A DNA stretch of 46,686 nucleotides from IMG/VR virus record IMGVR_UViG_2778261229_000001, positions 1-46,686 of that record. The stretch is one strand, 5' to 3'. The notes under the pieces were generated by a model. It was not told the DNA's origin and made no database searches. It saw nothing but the letters and a program-made list of their open reading frames with translations. A program made the position numbers and the translations under genes. Origin of the DNA: a virus (lineage: Duplodnaviria > Heunggongvirae > Uroviricota > Caudoviricetes). Of this stretch, positions 1 to 8,372 are shown in pieces; within the stretch, counting starts at the first letter, position 1; each line of letters starts with the position of its first letter.

Positions 1-1143
1 CTATGCTGTTTTGATATCTACGATAATCCAGTCTTTACCACGATCATCATTGTATCGGTCGGTCATTTTTCTGGATTTATGACCTAACAACTTTTGCGTA
101 TCCAGACCCTGTTCCCGATATAACCGTTCTGACAGAGATCGCTGCTCATGAAATGTGGGCGCAGTTCCTTGCTCCCATTTTATGCCACATTTTTCCCTGG
201 CCTTTTTAAAAGCCGTTGTCAGAGTATTTGCAGAAACCTGGTCTCCTCTGTTTGCTTGAGAGGTAGTGTGATGGTAATGGACCAGATATTTACTAACAAC
301 AGCATCCCTGCACTGAGATATAACTTCACGAAGGGTAATATTCAGAGCATCGCATTTCAGGTTAAGCGGAATAGCAAGTTTTGAACCGGTTTTTTCCTGA
401 GTAATGTGCAACATGTCGTCCCAGATATCAGAGAATTTCAAATTGCAGATATCGCCTAAACGTTGTCCAGTGACAAGAGCAAGTAGCATCCCGCATTTTA
501 AATAGGGCTGCCGTCTGCTTACGCTGTCAAATATTGCCTGCCATTCGGGCAGTGATAATCTTTGGCGGTTTACTCGATTTCGCGGTTGTTTTGTTGCCTG
601 CGCTGGGTTAAATCCTGGCGGAACATGTCCTGCGTGTTGTGCTTCTTTGAAGACGTCGATCAACACCATTCTCACGACTTGCGCCATCCTGTTATGACCT
701 TCAGCCTTTACAGCATCAATTATTTCGGCAATATCAAGTGCGGTAATATCCTTGAGGTGTTGCATTCCACAATGCTCACGGAAAAGACGAATGGGTTTGC
801 CTTTTTGCCGATAGGAGTTGGGTCTTAGTTCATTATGTTGCAGCCTGTCCTCCTGGATAGAAATATATTTATCAAGCCATTCTGTCACCGTAATGTCTGA
901 GCGCCTGCCTTTCATTCTTTCCAGACGCTCATTGACGCTTAATATTTGTCGAGTACGTTGTTCAGCAATAATGGTATTTGCTTCAGTAGCAACTTGTTTT
1001 GCTTCATTCTCATCAGTTCCTAAGCTATGAAAACGACCGGATAGTGGATGTTTGTATTGCCAATATACCTTTCCGGTTCGCTTATCTAATTTGCAATATA
1101 AATTGGGTATAGAGATTTTGTGAGATCGGGGTCTAGCAGCCAT
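1..1143 (-). CDS. int: Tyrosine site-specific integrase (lambda Int family)
   Basis: 380-aa ORF; C-terminal HxxR...Y-type region (..FHEQRSLSERLYREQG..LLGHKS..) resembles lambda Int; position at prophage end next to xis. Confidence 0.88.
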   Translation of the reverse strand: MAARPRSHKISIPNLYCKLDKRTGKVYWQYKHPLSGRFHSLGTDENEAKQVATEANTIIAEQRTRQILSVNERLERMKGRRSDITVTEWLDKYISIQEDRLQHNELRPNSYRQKGKPIRLFREHCGMQHLKDITALDIAEIIDAVKAEGHNRMAQVVRMVLIDVFKEAQHAGHVPPGFNPAQATKQPRNRVNRQRLSLPEWQAIFDSVSRRQPYLKCGMLLALVTGQRLGDICNLKFSDIWDDMLHITQEKTGSKLAIPLNLKCDALNITLREVISQCRDAVVSKYLVHYHHTTSQANRGDQVSANTLTTAFKKAREKCGIKWEQGTAPTFHEQRSLSERLYREQGLDTQKLLGHKSRKMTDRYNDDRGKDWIIVDIKTA

Positions 1144-1369
1144 CAGCGATTATCCTTTGGAGTTTTGGGTTTGCGTTTATTGGGAGTTGCGGTTCTGCAA
1201 GCGTTCCTACAAAACGGGAATTTCGGTCAATCATCCAGTAGCGACCAACTTTTATAGCGGGTGGGGCCATCATTTTCCCTTGCGCGTATTTTTTCAGAAC
1301 TCGCTCACTTGGTGCTAAGTCCCCAAATTCTTCTTTAGCCCAGTCCTGTAAAGTGATTAGTCGAGACAT
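1133..1369 (-). CDS. xis: Excisionase-like protein
   Basis: 78-aa ORF immediately upstream of int and overlapping its start by 11 nt; size and position typical of Xis. Confidence 0.55.
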   Translation of the reverse strand: MSRLITLQDWAKEEFGDLAPSERVLKKYAQGKMMAPPAIKVGRYWMIDRNSRFVGTLAEPQLPINANPKLQRIIADGC

Positions 1370-1508
1370 TTGTCCTCCTCTTAGCTGCTGAGGGAGTTTG
1401 TGACCGATATATCTGACATGATATTAAGCTCATGGCAGGTACATCTCTTGACTGGTCATAGAGATAAATTTAATGCTGAGAAATGCAGTATTGAATTTAT
1501 CAATTTTT

Positions 1509-1748
1509 CTATTTCCTGCGCATGTCACGTAACTTCTTAATGTGTTCTGCCGTTTCGATCTCTTCTGCTATCCGATCTGCATCAGCTTTATTCACAGGTT
1601 CAAAGTCATGATTAAAGCGGAACATGCTGGCGATACATGTTTTGCCTTTTCGGATGTAGTGAACTTTGTTGTGGGTAGAACGCAGGATTTTGCAGGGAGT
1701 GCCGTGGTGGTCGACGTACCAGGTGTTAGGGTCAATCACTCTGAACAT
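1509..1748 (-). CDS. Hypothetical early-left protein
   Basis: 79-aa ORF co-oriented with the early-left operon; no recognised motif. Confidence 0.35.
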   Translation of the reverse strand: MFRVIDPNTWYVDHHGTPCKILRSTHNKVHYIRKGKTCIASMFRFNHDFEPVNKADADRIAEEIETAEHIKKLRDMRRK

Positions 1749-2061
1749 TCTTGACCTTGTGTTGTGCGGATTGATATTCAGTGCTGATATTCACCTTTAT
1801 AGCGAACACCTTTACCGGTTTATCGCCAAAGTGCGGATGTGTGATTGTCTTCACTTCATATCCGTCATACGGAACATCAATTCTGCGACTGGAATCGTCG
1901 CGCTTCGGATATCCCTTTGTGATAATCAGGCGGTCATATTCCCGGAACATAATTCGCTTATTCCAGTAGTCATTACACAAGCGATACTCTTCCGTTTTCT
2001 CTCCGCGAATCATGGAATCGAAGTATTCACTTTTAACAGCAAGTTGCAGGTTAGCCATCAC
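1732..2061 (-). CDS. ASCH-domain-like protein
   Basis: 109-aa ORF with GEKTEEYR matching the ASCH GxKxxExR signature. Confidence 0.4.
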   Translation of the reverse strand: MMANLQLAVKSEYFDSMIRGEKTEEYRLCNDYWNKRIMFREYDRLIITKGYPKRDDSSRRIDVPYDGYEVKTITHPHFGDKPVKVFAIKVNISTEYQSAQHKVKNVQSD

Positions 2062-2279
2062 TTAATCCCCCTTTGTTTGCGGATAAGCTCCAGATCTTGC
2101 TGGCAACTGGCGCAAGTCCGACAACCCTGAACGGCCAGTCGTCTTCGTTCATCTATCGGATCGCCACACTCACAACAATGAGTGGCAGATACAGCCAGGT
2201 GGTTCAGGCGGCGCATTTTTATTGCTGTGTTGCGCTGTAATTCTTCTATTTCTGATGCTGAATCAATGATGTCTGCCAT
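2058..2279 (-). CDS. TraR/DksA-family C4 zinc-finger protein
   Basis: 73-aa ORF with CxxC...CxxC (CCECGDPIDERRR...CRTCASCQ) typical of phage TraR-like proteins. Confidence 0.6.
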   Translation of the reverse strand: MADIIDSASEIEELQRNTAIKMRRLNHLAVSATHCCECGDPIDERRRLAVQGCRTCASCQQDLELIRKQRGIK

Positions 2280-2377
2280 CTTCCATTAATCCCTGAATTG
2301 TTGGTTAATACGCTTGAGGGTGAATGCGAACAATAAAAAAGGAGCCTGTAGCTCCCTGAGGATTTTGCTTTTCATGT

Positions 2378-2593
2378 TCACCGTTCCTTAAAGGCGCCGT
2401 TTAACATACCGATTGCCAGACTTAAATGAGTCGGTGTGAATCCCATCAGCGTTACCGTTTCGCGGTGCTTCTTCAGTACGCTACGGCAAATGTCATCGAC
2501 GTTTTTATCCGGAAACTGCTGTCTGGCTTTTTTGATTTCAGAATTAGCCTGACGGGCAATACTGCGAAGGGCGTTTTCTTGCTGAGGTGTCAT
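2378..2593 (-). CDS. Hypothetical protein (start trimmed to internal ATG at 2593)
   Basis: ORF in frame with early-left operon; upstream part of the longer ORF overlaps the Dam gene, so the MTPQQ start is preferred. Confidence 0.3.
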   Translation of the reverse strand: MTPQQENALRSIARQANSEIKKARQQFPDKNVDDICRSVLKKHRETVTLMGFTPTHLSLAIGMLNGAFKER

Positions 2594-2669
2594 TGAACAA
2601 GTCCCATGTCGGCAAGCATAAGCACACAGAATATGAAGCCCGCTGCCAGAAAAATGCATTCCGTGGTTG

Positions 2670-3227
2670 TCATGCAGCCTCCCGACGGGCAAGAATCCTT
2701 GAGCCGAACGCCATCAACTCGCCACGATCAACGGTCGTAAAGTGGCAGTGTGTACGGGGGTATGGGTGCCAGATAATGAGCATCGAGCCTTTATTATTTC
2801 CACTCACGGGTTTCTCGGTGAGTGGGTTAATAAATGCCAGTCGTCCTGCTGTGATGAATCTGACCTCACTGGCGGTTTGTATCGCTTCATGAAACCATCC
2901 GACAGACGTGTCAGCAGGCAATAACATTACACATCCCACACTACTGAATTTGTTTTCGGTGGCTGCCTTTTTCACAAAAGGGGAAATATTGCTGTATGGT
3001 GGATTCAGCCAGACATAACCAGAGGCATATCCCATTGCTTCAGGCCATGAAGTGGTTAATGTGTTCTGCTCCTGTGAGATAAAAAGCCGACATAGCCGGT
3101 TTTTTTCGTTGGCTGCAGCATCAAGTTGAAAAACGAACTCTGCATTCAGCGCAGCAAAAATCTCTGGTGGTGTGCGCCAGCTGTCGCGATGTTCGGCAGG
3201 AGTATTGCTTCCGGTGAAATCAGTCAT
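2670..3227 (-). CDS. Phage DNA N6-adenine methyltransferase (Dam family)
   Basis: 185-aa ORF with NPPY catalytic motif (..YVWLNPPYSN..) characteristic of N6-adenine MTases. Confidence 0.72.
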   Translation of the reverse strand: MTDFTGSNTPAEHRDSWRTPPEIFAALNAEFVFQLDAAANEKNRLCRLFISQEQNTLTTSWPEAMGYASGYVWLNPPYSNISPFVKKAATENKFSSVGCVMLLPADTSVGWFHEAIQTASEVRFITAGRLAFINPLTEKPVSGNNKGSMLIIWHPYPRTHCHFTTVDRGELMAFGSRILARREAA

Positions 3228-3378
3228 ACAGCCCCCCGTTTATTATTTATCTCCTCAGCCAGCCGCTGCGCTTTCAGTGGATTTCTGATAACAGAAAGGC
3301 CGGGAAATACCCAGCCTCGCTTCGTAACGGAGTGGACGAAAGCGATCACGCCTACCCGGATATTATCGTGAGGATGCT

Positions 3379-4059
3379 TCATCGCCATTGCTCCCCAAAT
3401 ACAAAACCAATTTCAGCCAGTGCCTCGTCCATTTTTTCGATGAACTCCGGCACCATCTCGTCAAAACTCGCTATGTACTTTTCATCCCGCTCAACCACGA
3501 CATAATGCAGGCCTTCACGCTTCATACGCGGGTCATAGTTGGAAAAGTACCAGGCATCTTTTCGTGTCACCCACATGCTGTACTGCACCTGGGCCATGTA
3601 AGCCGACTTTATGGCCTCGAAACCACCGAGCCGAAACTTCATGAAATCCCGGGAGGTAAACGGGCATTTCAGCTCAAGGCCATTGCCGTCACTGCATAAA
3701 CCATCGGGAGAGCAGGCGGTGCGCATACTTTCGTCGCGATAGATGATCGGGGATTCAGTAACATTCACGCCGGAAGTGAATTCAAACAGGGTTCTGGCGT
3801 CGTTCTCGTACTGTTTTCCCCAGGCCAGCGCCTTAGCATTAACTTCCGGAGCCACACCGGTGCAAACCTCAGCCAGCAGGGTGTGGAAGTAGGACATTTT
3901 CATGTCAGGCCACTTCTTTCCGGAGCGGGGTTTTGCTATCACGTTGTGAACTTCTGAAGCGGTGATGACGCCGAGCCGTAATTTGTGCCACGCATCATCC
4001 CCCTGTTCGACAGCTCTCACATCGATCCCGGTACGCTGCAGGATAATGTCCGGTGTCAT
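3379..4059 (-). CDS. exo: Lambda exonuclease (Red-alpha)
   Basis: 226-aa protein essentially identical to lambda Exo as recalled ([40 protein letters not shown]...). Confidence 0.95.
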   Translation of the reverse strand: MTPDIILQRTGIDVRAVEQGDDAWHKLRLGVITASEVHNVIAKPRSGKKWPDMKMSYFHTLLAEVCTGVAPEVNAKALAWGKQYENDARTLFEFTSGVNVTESPIIYRDESMRTACSPDGLCSDGNGLELKCPFTSRDFMKFRLGGFEAIKSAYMAQVQYSMWVTRKDAWYFSNYDPRMKREGLHYVVVERDEKYIASFDEMVPEFIEKMDEALAEIGFVFGEQWR

Positions 4060-4841
4060 GCTGCCACCTTCTGCTCTGCGGCTTTCTGTTTCAGGAATCC
4101 AAGAGCTTTTACTGCTTCGGCCTGTGTCAGTTCTGACGATGCACGAATGTCGCGGCGAAATATCTGGGAACAGAGTGGCAATAAGTCGTCATCCCATGTT
4201 TTATCCAGGGCGATCAGCAGAGTGTTAATCTCCTGCATGGTTTCATCGTTAACCGGAGTGATGTCGCGTTCCGGCTGGCGTTCTGCAGTGTATGCAGTAT
4301 TTTCGACAATGCGCTCGGCTTCATCCTTGTCATAGATACCAGCAAATCCGAAGGCCAGACGGGCACACTGAATCATGGCTTTATGCCGTAACATTCGTTT
4401 GGGATGCGACTGCCACGGCCCCGTGATTTCTCTGCCTTCGCGAGTTTTGAATGGTTCGCGGCGGCATTCATCCATCCATTCGGTAACGCAGATCGGATGA
4501 TTACGGTCCTTGCGGTAAATCCGGCATGTACAGGATTCATTGTCCTGTTCAAAGTCCATGCCGTCAAACTGCTGGTTTTCGTTGATGATGCGGGACCAGC
4601 CATCAACGCCCACCACCGGAACGATGCCGTTCTGCTTATCAGGGAAGGCGTAAATTTCTTTCGTCCACGGATTAAGGCCGTATTGGTTGGCGACGATCAG
4701 CAATGCGATGAACTGCGCATCGCTGGCATCGCCTTTAAATGCTGTCTGGCGAAGAGTGGTGATCAGTTCCTGTGGGTCGACAGAATCCATGCCGACACGT
4801 TCAGCCAGCTTCCCTGCCAGCGTTGCGAGTGCTGTACTCAT
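4056..4841 (-). CDS. bet: Lambda Bet (Red-beta) single-strand annealing protein
   Basis: 261-aa protein matching lambda Bet; overlaps exo start by 4 nt as in lambda. Confidence 0.95.
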   Translation of the reverse strand: MSTALATLAGKLAERVGMDSVDPQELITTLRQTAFKGDASDAQFIALLIVANQYGLNPWTKEIYAFPDKQNGIVPVVGVDGWSRIINENQQFDGMDFEQDNESCTCRIYRKDRNHPICVTEWMDECRREPFKTREGREITGPWQSHPKRMLRHKAMIQCARLAFGFAGIYDKDEAERIVENTAYTAERQPERDITPVNDETMQEINTLLIALDKTWDDDLLPLCSQIFRRDIRASSELTQAEAVKALGFLKQKAAEQKVAA

Positions 4842-4846
4842 CCGTT

Positions 4847-5143
4847 TTATACCTCTGAATCAATATCAACCTGATGGTGAGCAATGGTTTCAACCATGTA
4901 CCGGATGTGTTCTGCCATGCGCTCCTGAAACTCAACATCGTCATCAAACGCACGGGTAATGGCTTTTTTGCTGGCCCCGTGGCGTTGCAAATGATCGATG
5001 CATAGCGATTCAAACAGGTGCTGGGGCAGGCCTTTTTCCATGTCGTCTGCCAGTTCTGCCTCTTTCTCTTCACGGGCGATCTGCTGGTAGTGACGCGCCC
5101 AGCTTTGAGCCTCAAGACGATCCTGAATGTAATAAGCGTTCAT
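4847..5143 (-). CDS. gam: Gam, RecBCD inhibitor (short form)
   Basis: 98-aa protein matching the lambda GamS sequence ([21 protein letters not shown]...VDIDSEV). Confidence 0.92.
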   Translation of the reverse strand: MNAYYIQDRLEAQSWARHYQQIAREEKEAELADDMEKGLPQHLFESLCIDHLQRHGASKKAITRAFDDDVEFQERMAEHIRYMVETIAHHQVDIDSEV

Positions 5144-5218
5144 GGCTGAACTCCTGAAAATGGCTGTGAAAATATCGCCCGCTAAATGCCAGGCTGATTA
5201 GGAAAACAGGAAAGGGGA

Positions 5219-5629
5219 TTAGTGATTCAGGCCGTTACCGCGTCCGTCGAGAAAAACTTCCACGAGCAAATCACGGGTATAAGTGCGCTCGATGCCGCGA
5301 TGCAGATAAAGCCGTCCGCGTAAATTAGCTGATGCAGTCCAGGTACCATCTTTGTGTTTGACCAGCATTCCTGGCATGACCGCACCTCGATTAACGGTCT
5401 GCGTTCCGTAATGTTGATGAACCATAAAAACTCCTGCCCGTAAGCTGGGCTGCTGAACATATAGAGACTTCTGCGCGTATTCAGGCGGTGGATGGCCGCC
5501 GGTTGTCATAACTAAGCCGCCTCGTTGAAGCGACTGAGGTATGAGGTGTTGAGTTGATTTCAGCTGGTCACACCGACGTTCACACGTCCGTTTCACCCCT
5601 CGCACTCCCCGGAGCCTGCTGAAATTCAA
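5219..5629 (-). CDS. Hypothetical protein, first gene downstream of the putative pL (N position); Arg-rich N-terminus
   Basis: 136-aa ORF directly downstream of the predicted leftward promoter/operators; no confident similarity to lambda N; an alternative-frame ORF (5227-5460) also exists. Confidence 0.3.
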   Translation of the reverse strand: MNFSRLRGVRGVKRTCERRCDQLKSTQHLIPQSLQRGGLVMTTGGHPPPEYAQKSLYVQQPSLRAGVFMVHQHYGTQTVNRGAVMPGMLVKHKDGTWTASANLRGRLYLHRGIERTYTRDLLVEVFLDGRGNGLNH

Positions 5630-5702
5630 GCTGCGGATCTAAGCGGTCATCGCAACGGTGAATCAGGTGGTTGCCGTATCGTTGTGTTGTTGCGATGAAC
5701 TC

Positions 5703-5731
5703 ATTTAAAACTATAGTTGTTTTACCGTCAA
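5703..5731 (-). promoter_or_regulatory. Putative pL promoter with overlapping operator OL1
   Basis: Minus-strand TTGACG-17 nt-TTAAAT; spacer carries AAAACTATAGTTGTTTT, near-identical to the operator in the pR spacer; further GTTGTTT half-sites to 5781. Confidence 0.5.
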
Positions 5732-5788
5732 CAACAAAAGTTGTTTCATTGGTTGTTTTAGATATAACTGGTTGTATTTAGGATGGAT

Positions 5789-6412
5789 TTATTTTGTGAC
5801 TTGCATCGCATAGCGATAACTGAAGCGGGGGGTATGGTGGTTTTTTGAACGGTGTGTGATGAGGGGAGGCAAAAGAAAACCCGGCACGACGGCCGGGGAG
5901 GGGGGGCATTTTAATCTATCAAGGAGTGACTCTCTTTCCTTCTTCTCTGATTCTCTTCGGTTTAATAACGCTTTAAACTCTTGAAGCTCAACCATTATTT
6001 TATGAACGAATACACTGGTATAGAGAGAAATAAAGAGTAATCCACCTGAAATTTTTAAGACCCTGAAGAGTAGGGCTTGATCATTTGTGCTTGCTATTAA
6101 CCCCAAGATTACAAACAAAGTTGAAAATACATAGAAAGCTAATAATAAAACCAATTTCAGTCTCTTGGATTTGACTATTGGCACTAATCGCCTAACCTCA
6201 CTAGGGGTTAAAGACGAGTGGTCATTGGCCTCATTTGCCTTAAAAATGGCTTGTATACAATATGATAATGGCAATTGCATGAGTCCAACCACAGCCCACG
6301 GAGCAGTTAGGACAACACCCGGTGTAATATAGCCCAATGCTGACTTGAACAAAAAGTAACCAGCAAAATAGAAGACCAACATACCAATAAGGTGGATGAT
6401 GTTCGATTTCAT
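5789..6412 (-). CDS. Four-TM membrane protein of the rex-position cassette (RexB-position analogue)
   Basis: 207-aa ORF; four hydrophobic segments then a charged coiled-coil-like stretch; RBS AGGAGGG upstream; 21 nt after the upstream gene; AT-rich; last ~40 codons run into GC-rich backbone. Confidence 0.6.
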   Translation of the reverse strand: MKSNIIHLIGMLVFYFAGYFLFKSALGYITPGVVLTAPWAVVGLMQLPLSYCIQAIFKANEANDHSSLTPSEVRRLVPIVKSKRLKLVLLLAFYVFSTLFVILGLIASTNDQALLFRVLKISGGLLFISLYTSVFVHKIMVELQEFKALLNRRESEKKERESLLDRLKCPPSPAVVPGFLLPPLITHRSKNHHTPRFSYRYAMQVTK

Positions 6413-6433
6413 TATCGCCCTCCTTTTGGTAGG

Positions 6434-7456
6434 TTATTTTGCAACCAATTCTCCGGCATCAAGTTTTGAGAACAGCCACTTATGCATTTTTAAGAATAAA
6501 TCATTTTCATCAATAATGCCATTGTTATATTCAACGCTAATTTTTCCGGATAATTTTATCTCTTTTCCCGTTATTTCCCCACCGCCTTGAAGTTTGATGC
6601 TAATATCATCCTCATCTAGATGTCGTAGTGAGGTAGCAATACTGTCTATAACAGCTTGACCGCTATCATTTGTTTTTCTGAAGTATGTAATCTCGAGGCT
6701 TACTTGTAAATTGGCCTCATCTAATGAATCTTTAATGTTTATATCATTTGCCCAGTTATCGCCAAAAAATGCTTTTAGTAGCGCACCTCCTTTCCCTATT
6801 GGGCGGTATTTTATTGTCTTCACCGAACCATTTGAAAAGGAGGGTGTTTGGTTCTCTGAATTTTTAACTTCTGAAGTAATGGGTAATCCACCAATTTTTA
6901 TGCTCTTGGCTGGTGCTTTCTCCATTTTTTTCATCGTTTCTTCGGATGGCTTATCTTGAAGCATTAACACAGATTCTTTTTCATCTGTGAATGTATTAAT
7001 TAGCCAATTCAAATGCGCCTCAAGCTCCCTTGCTCGAAGCGATGTGGATTGAACGATCATGACATGGTTGTTTAGTACACCAAAATATAAAATTGAATCT
7101 ACAAACTCTCTTTTTTTGTCACTACGTTTATCTCCATCAATAATTATATCATTAGACGTGATGGAGTTAATGTCATAAAATTTAACATTATCACTAAGCT
7201 CTAATAGAGACTGGCTTTTGTCTTTTTCAAATAAAACCAGTTGCCCAAAAAGTATAGTTTTGTATGTGTCGCTTTTATTTAAGAAACGATACCCCGAATT
7301 TTCATCTGAAGGTGTTATTTTTTCTTGTCTACTAAGTACTTTTTCTGCAACGCCGCCCTCACCTATAATACTAAGTAGTATGTTTTGTAATGATGATTTG
7401 CTGTGTGGGATTACTGCTTTTTTATAATGAACGACTTTTTGTCTGTTATCTTTCAT
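6434..7456 (-). CDS. 340-aa soluble protein of the rex-position cassette (RexA-position analogue), function unknown
   Basis: Long AT-rich ORF downstream of and co-oriented with cI; no TM segments; no motif I recognise. Confidence 0.6.
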   Translation of the reverse strand: MKDNRQKVVHYKKAVIPHSKSSLQNILLSIIGEGGVAEKVLSRQEKITPSDENSGYRFLNKSDTYKTILFGQLVLFEKDKSQSLLELSDNVKFYDINSITSNDIIIDGDKRSDKKREFVDSILYFGVLNNHVMIVQSTSLRARELEAHLNWLINTFTDEKESVLMLQDKPSEETMKKMEKAPAKSIKIGGLPITSEVKNSENQTPSFSNGSVKTIKYRPIGKGGALLKAFFGDNWANDINIKDSLDEANLQVSLEITYFRKTNDSGQAVIDSIATSLRHLDEDDISIKLQGGGEITGKEIKLSGKISVEYNNGIIDENDLFLKMHKWLFSKLDAGELVAK

Positions 7457-7513
7457 TGCTATAGTCCAACTAGTATTGAATAAATAAACACAGTAAAGAC
7501 ATAAAAATTTCTT

Positions 7514-7543
7514 ATAGCTACCGATAACGTAATCGGTAGCTAT
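7514..7543. promoter_or_regulatory. Perfect 12-bp inverted repeat (ATAGCTACCGAT-aacgta-ATCGGTAGCTAT) between cI and the cassette
   Basis: Read directly from sequence; lies in the 120-bp gap between cI stop and the cassette start. Confidence 0.5.
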
Positions 7544-7578
7544 TACAAATCAACCAAAGGTAATTCTTTACATACTAC

Positions 7579-8268
7579 CTACCCATGCTTCCTGTAGGTC
7601 TGCGGCATGCTCCCAATAACTTTCCCGAAGATAAACACCCGGTTCATCTCGTCTTTCTCAATTGGGTCCCACGGCGAGTAGCTCTTGTTATCAGAGATAA
7701 CCAGTAGCTTATCCTTCATCATTTGCAGGCGCTTTACATGGGCTGTGTCGTCGTACAGAAACGCATAGATACCATCACCGTCGAAAGATTTAACTGTGAT
7801 ATCAACGAACAGCAGATCACCTGGTTCGATCGTTCCTGACATGCTGTCACCACGCACGTTAATGATGCGGATATTTTCCGCCTTCCTACCATCGAACATG
7901 TGACGAGCATCGTCAAACGAGTACTCAACCGAGCGTAGAACTTCTACAAACTCACGGTTGATGACTCCCGGCCCAGCACTGACTTCTATATCAAGAACGT
8001 CAATCTTAAAGTATTTGGAATGGCTGACAGTTGATAGTATTGGTTGCACTGTACTGTCTGACATATTTCCAACGCCAGAAGATAACCATTCTGCGCGCAC
8101 ACCCAAAGCGTTCGCGATCTCCACGATTTTAGTTGTTTGGTTAGCTTTCCCTGTTTCGATTTTCTGAATAGCAGCTTGGCTAACCCCGACCAAATCCCCA
8201 AGCGCCTTTTGTGTAAGGCCTCGCGCTAATCTGGCTTCTTTAAGTCTTTCTGAGAGTGTTGTTTTCAT
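7579..8268 (-). CDS. cI: CI-like prophage repressor (XRE HTH plus S24 LexA-like peptidase domain)
   Basis: N-terminal HTH (LTQKALGDLVGVSQAAIQKIETGK), Ala-Gly cleavage site, Ser (GDSM) and Lys (HVKRL) dyad; start trimmed to ATG at 8268; divergent from cro. Confidence 0.85.
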   Translation of the reverse strand: MKTTLSERLKEARLARGLTQKALGDLVGVSQAAIQKIETGKANQTTKIVEIANALGVRAEWLSSGVGNMSDSTVQPILSTVSHSKYFKIDVLDIEVSAGPGVINREFVEVLRSVEYSFDDARHMFDGRKAENIRIINVRGDSMSGTIEPGDLLFVDITVKSFDGDGIYAFLYDDTAHVKRLQMMKDKLLVISDNKSYSPWDPIEKDEMNRVFIFGKVIGSMPQTYRKHG

Positions 8269-8278
8269 AGTCCAAATG

Positions 8279-8347
8279 TACAACCAAGGTTTTATTCCAT
8301 CAAACGAAAATGGTTGTTGACTAAAAACAACCATAGTTTTAATCTTG
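8279..8347. promoter_or_regulatory. OR operator region with putative pR (TTGACT-17-TAATCT) and three operator-like repeats
   Basis: Repeats of ACAACCA(A/T)(A/G)GTTTT motif at about 8282-8297, 8300-8319, 8324-8340; 25-bp palindrome ATGGTTGTT-N7-AACAACCAT at 8310-8334. Confidence 0.55.
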
Positions 8348-8372
8348 ATTCAAATTAACCACGGAGGTTGTT

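Noticed and set aside
2378-2692. 104-aa extended form of the small hypothetical ORF
   Set aside because: The N-terminal 33 codons overlap the 3' end of the Dam methyltransferase gene in another frame; the internal ATG at 2593 is preferred
5227-5460. 77-aa alternative-frame ORF overlapping the 136-aa N-position ORF
   Set aside because: Shorter, no RBS advantage; kept only as a caveat to the uncertain 136-aa call
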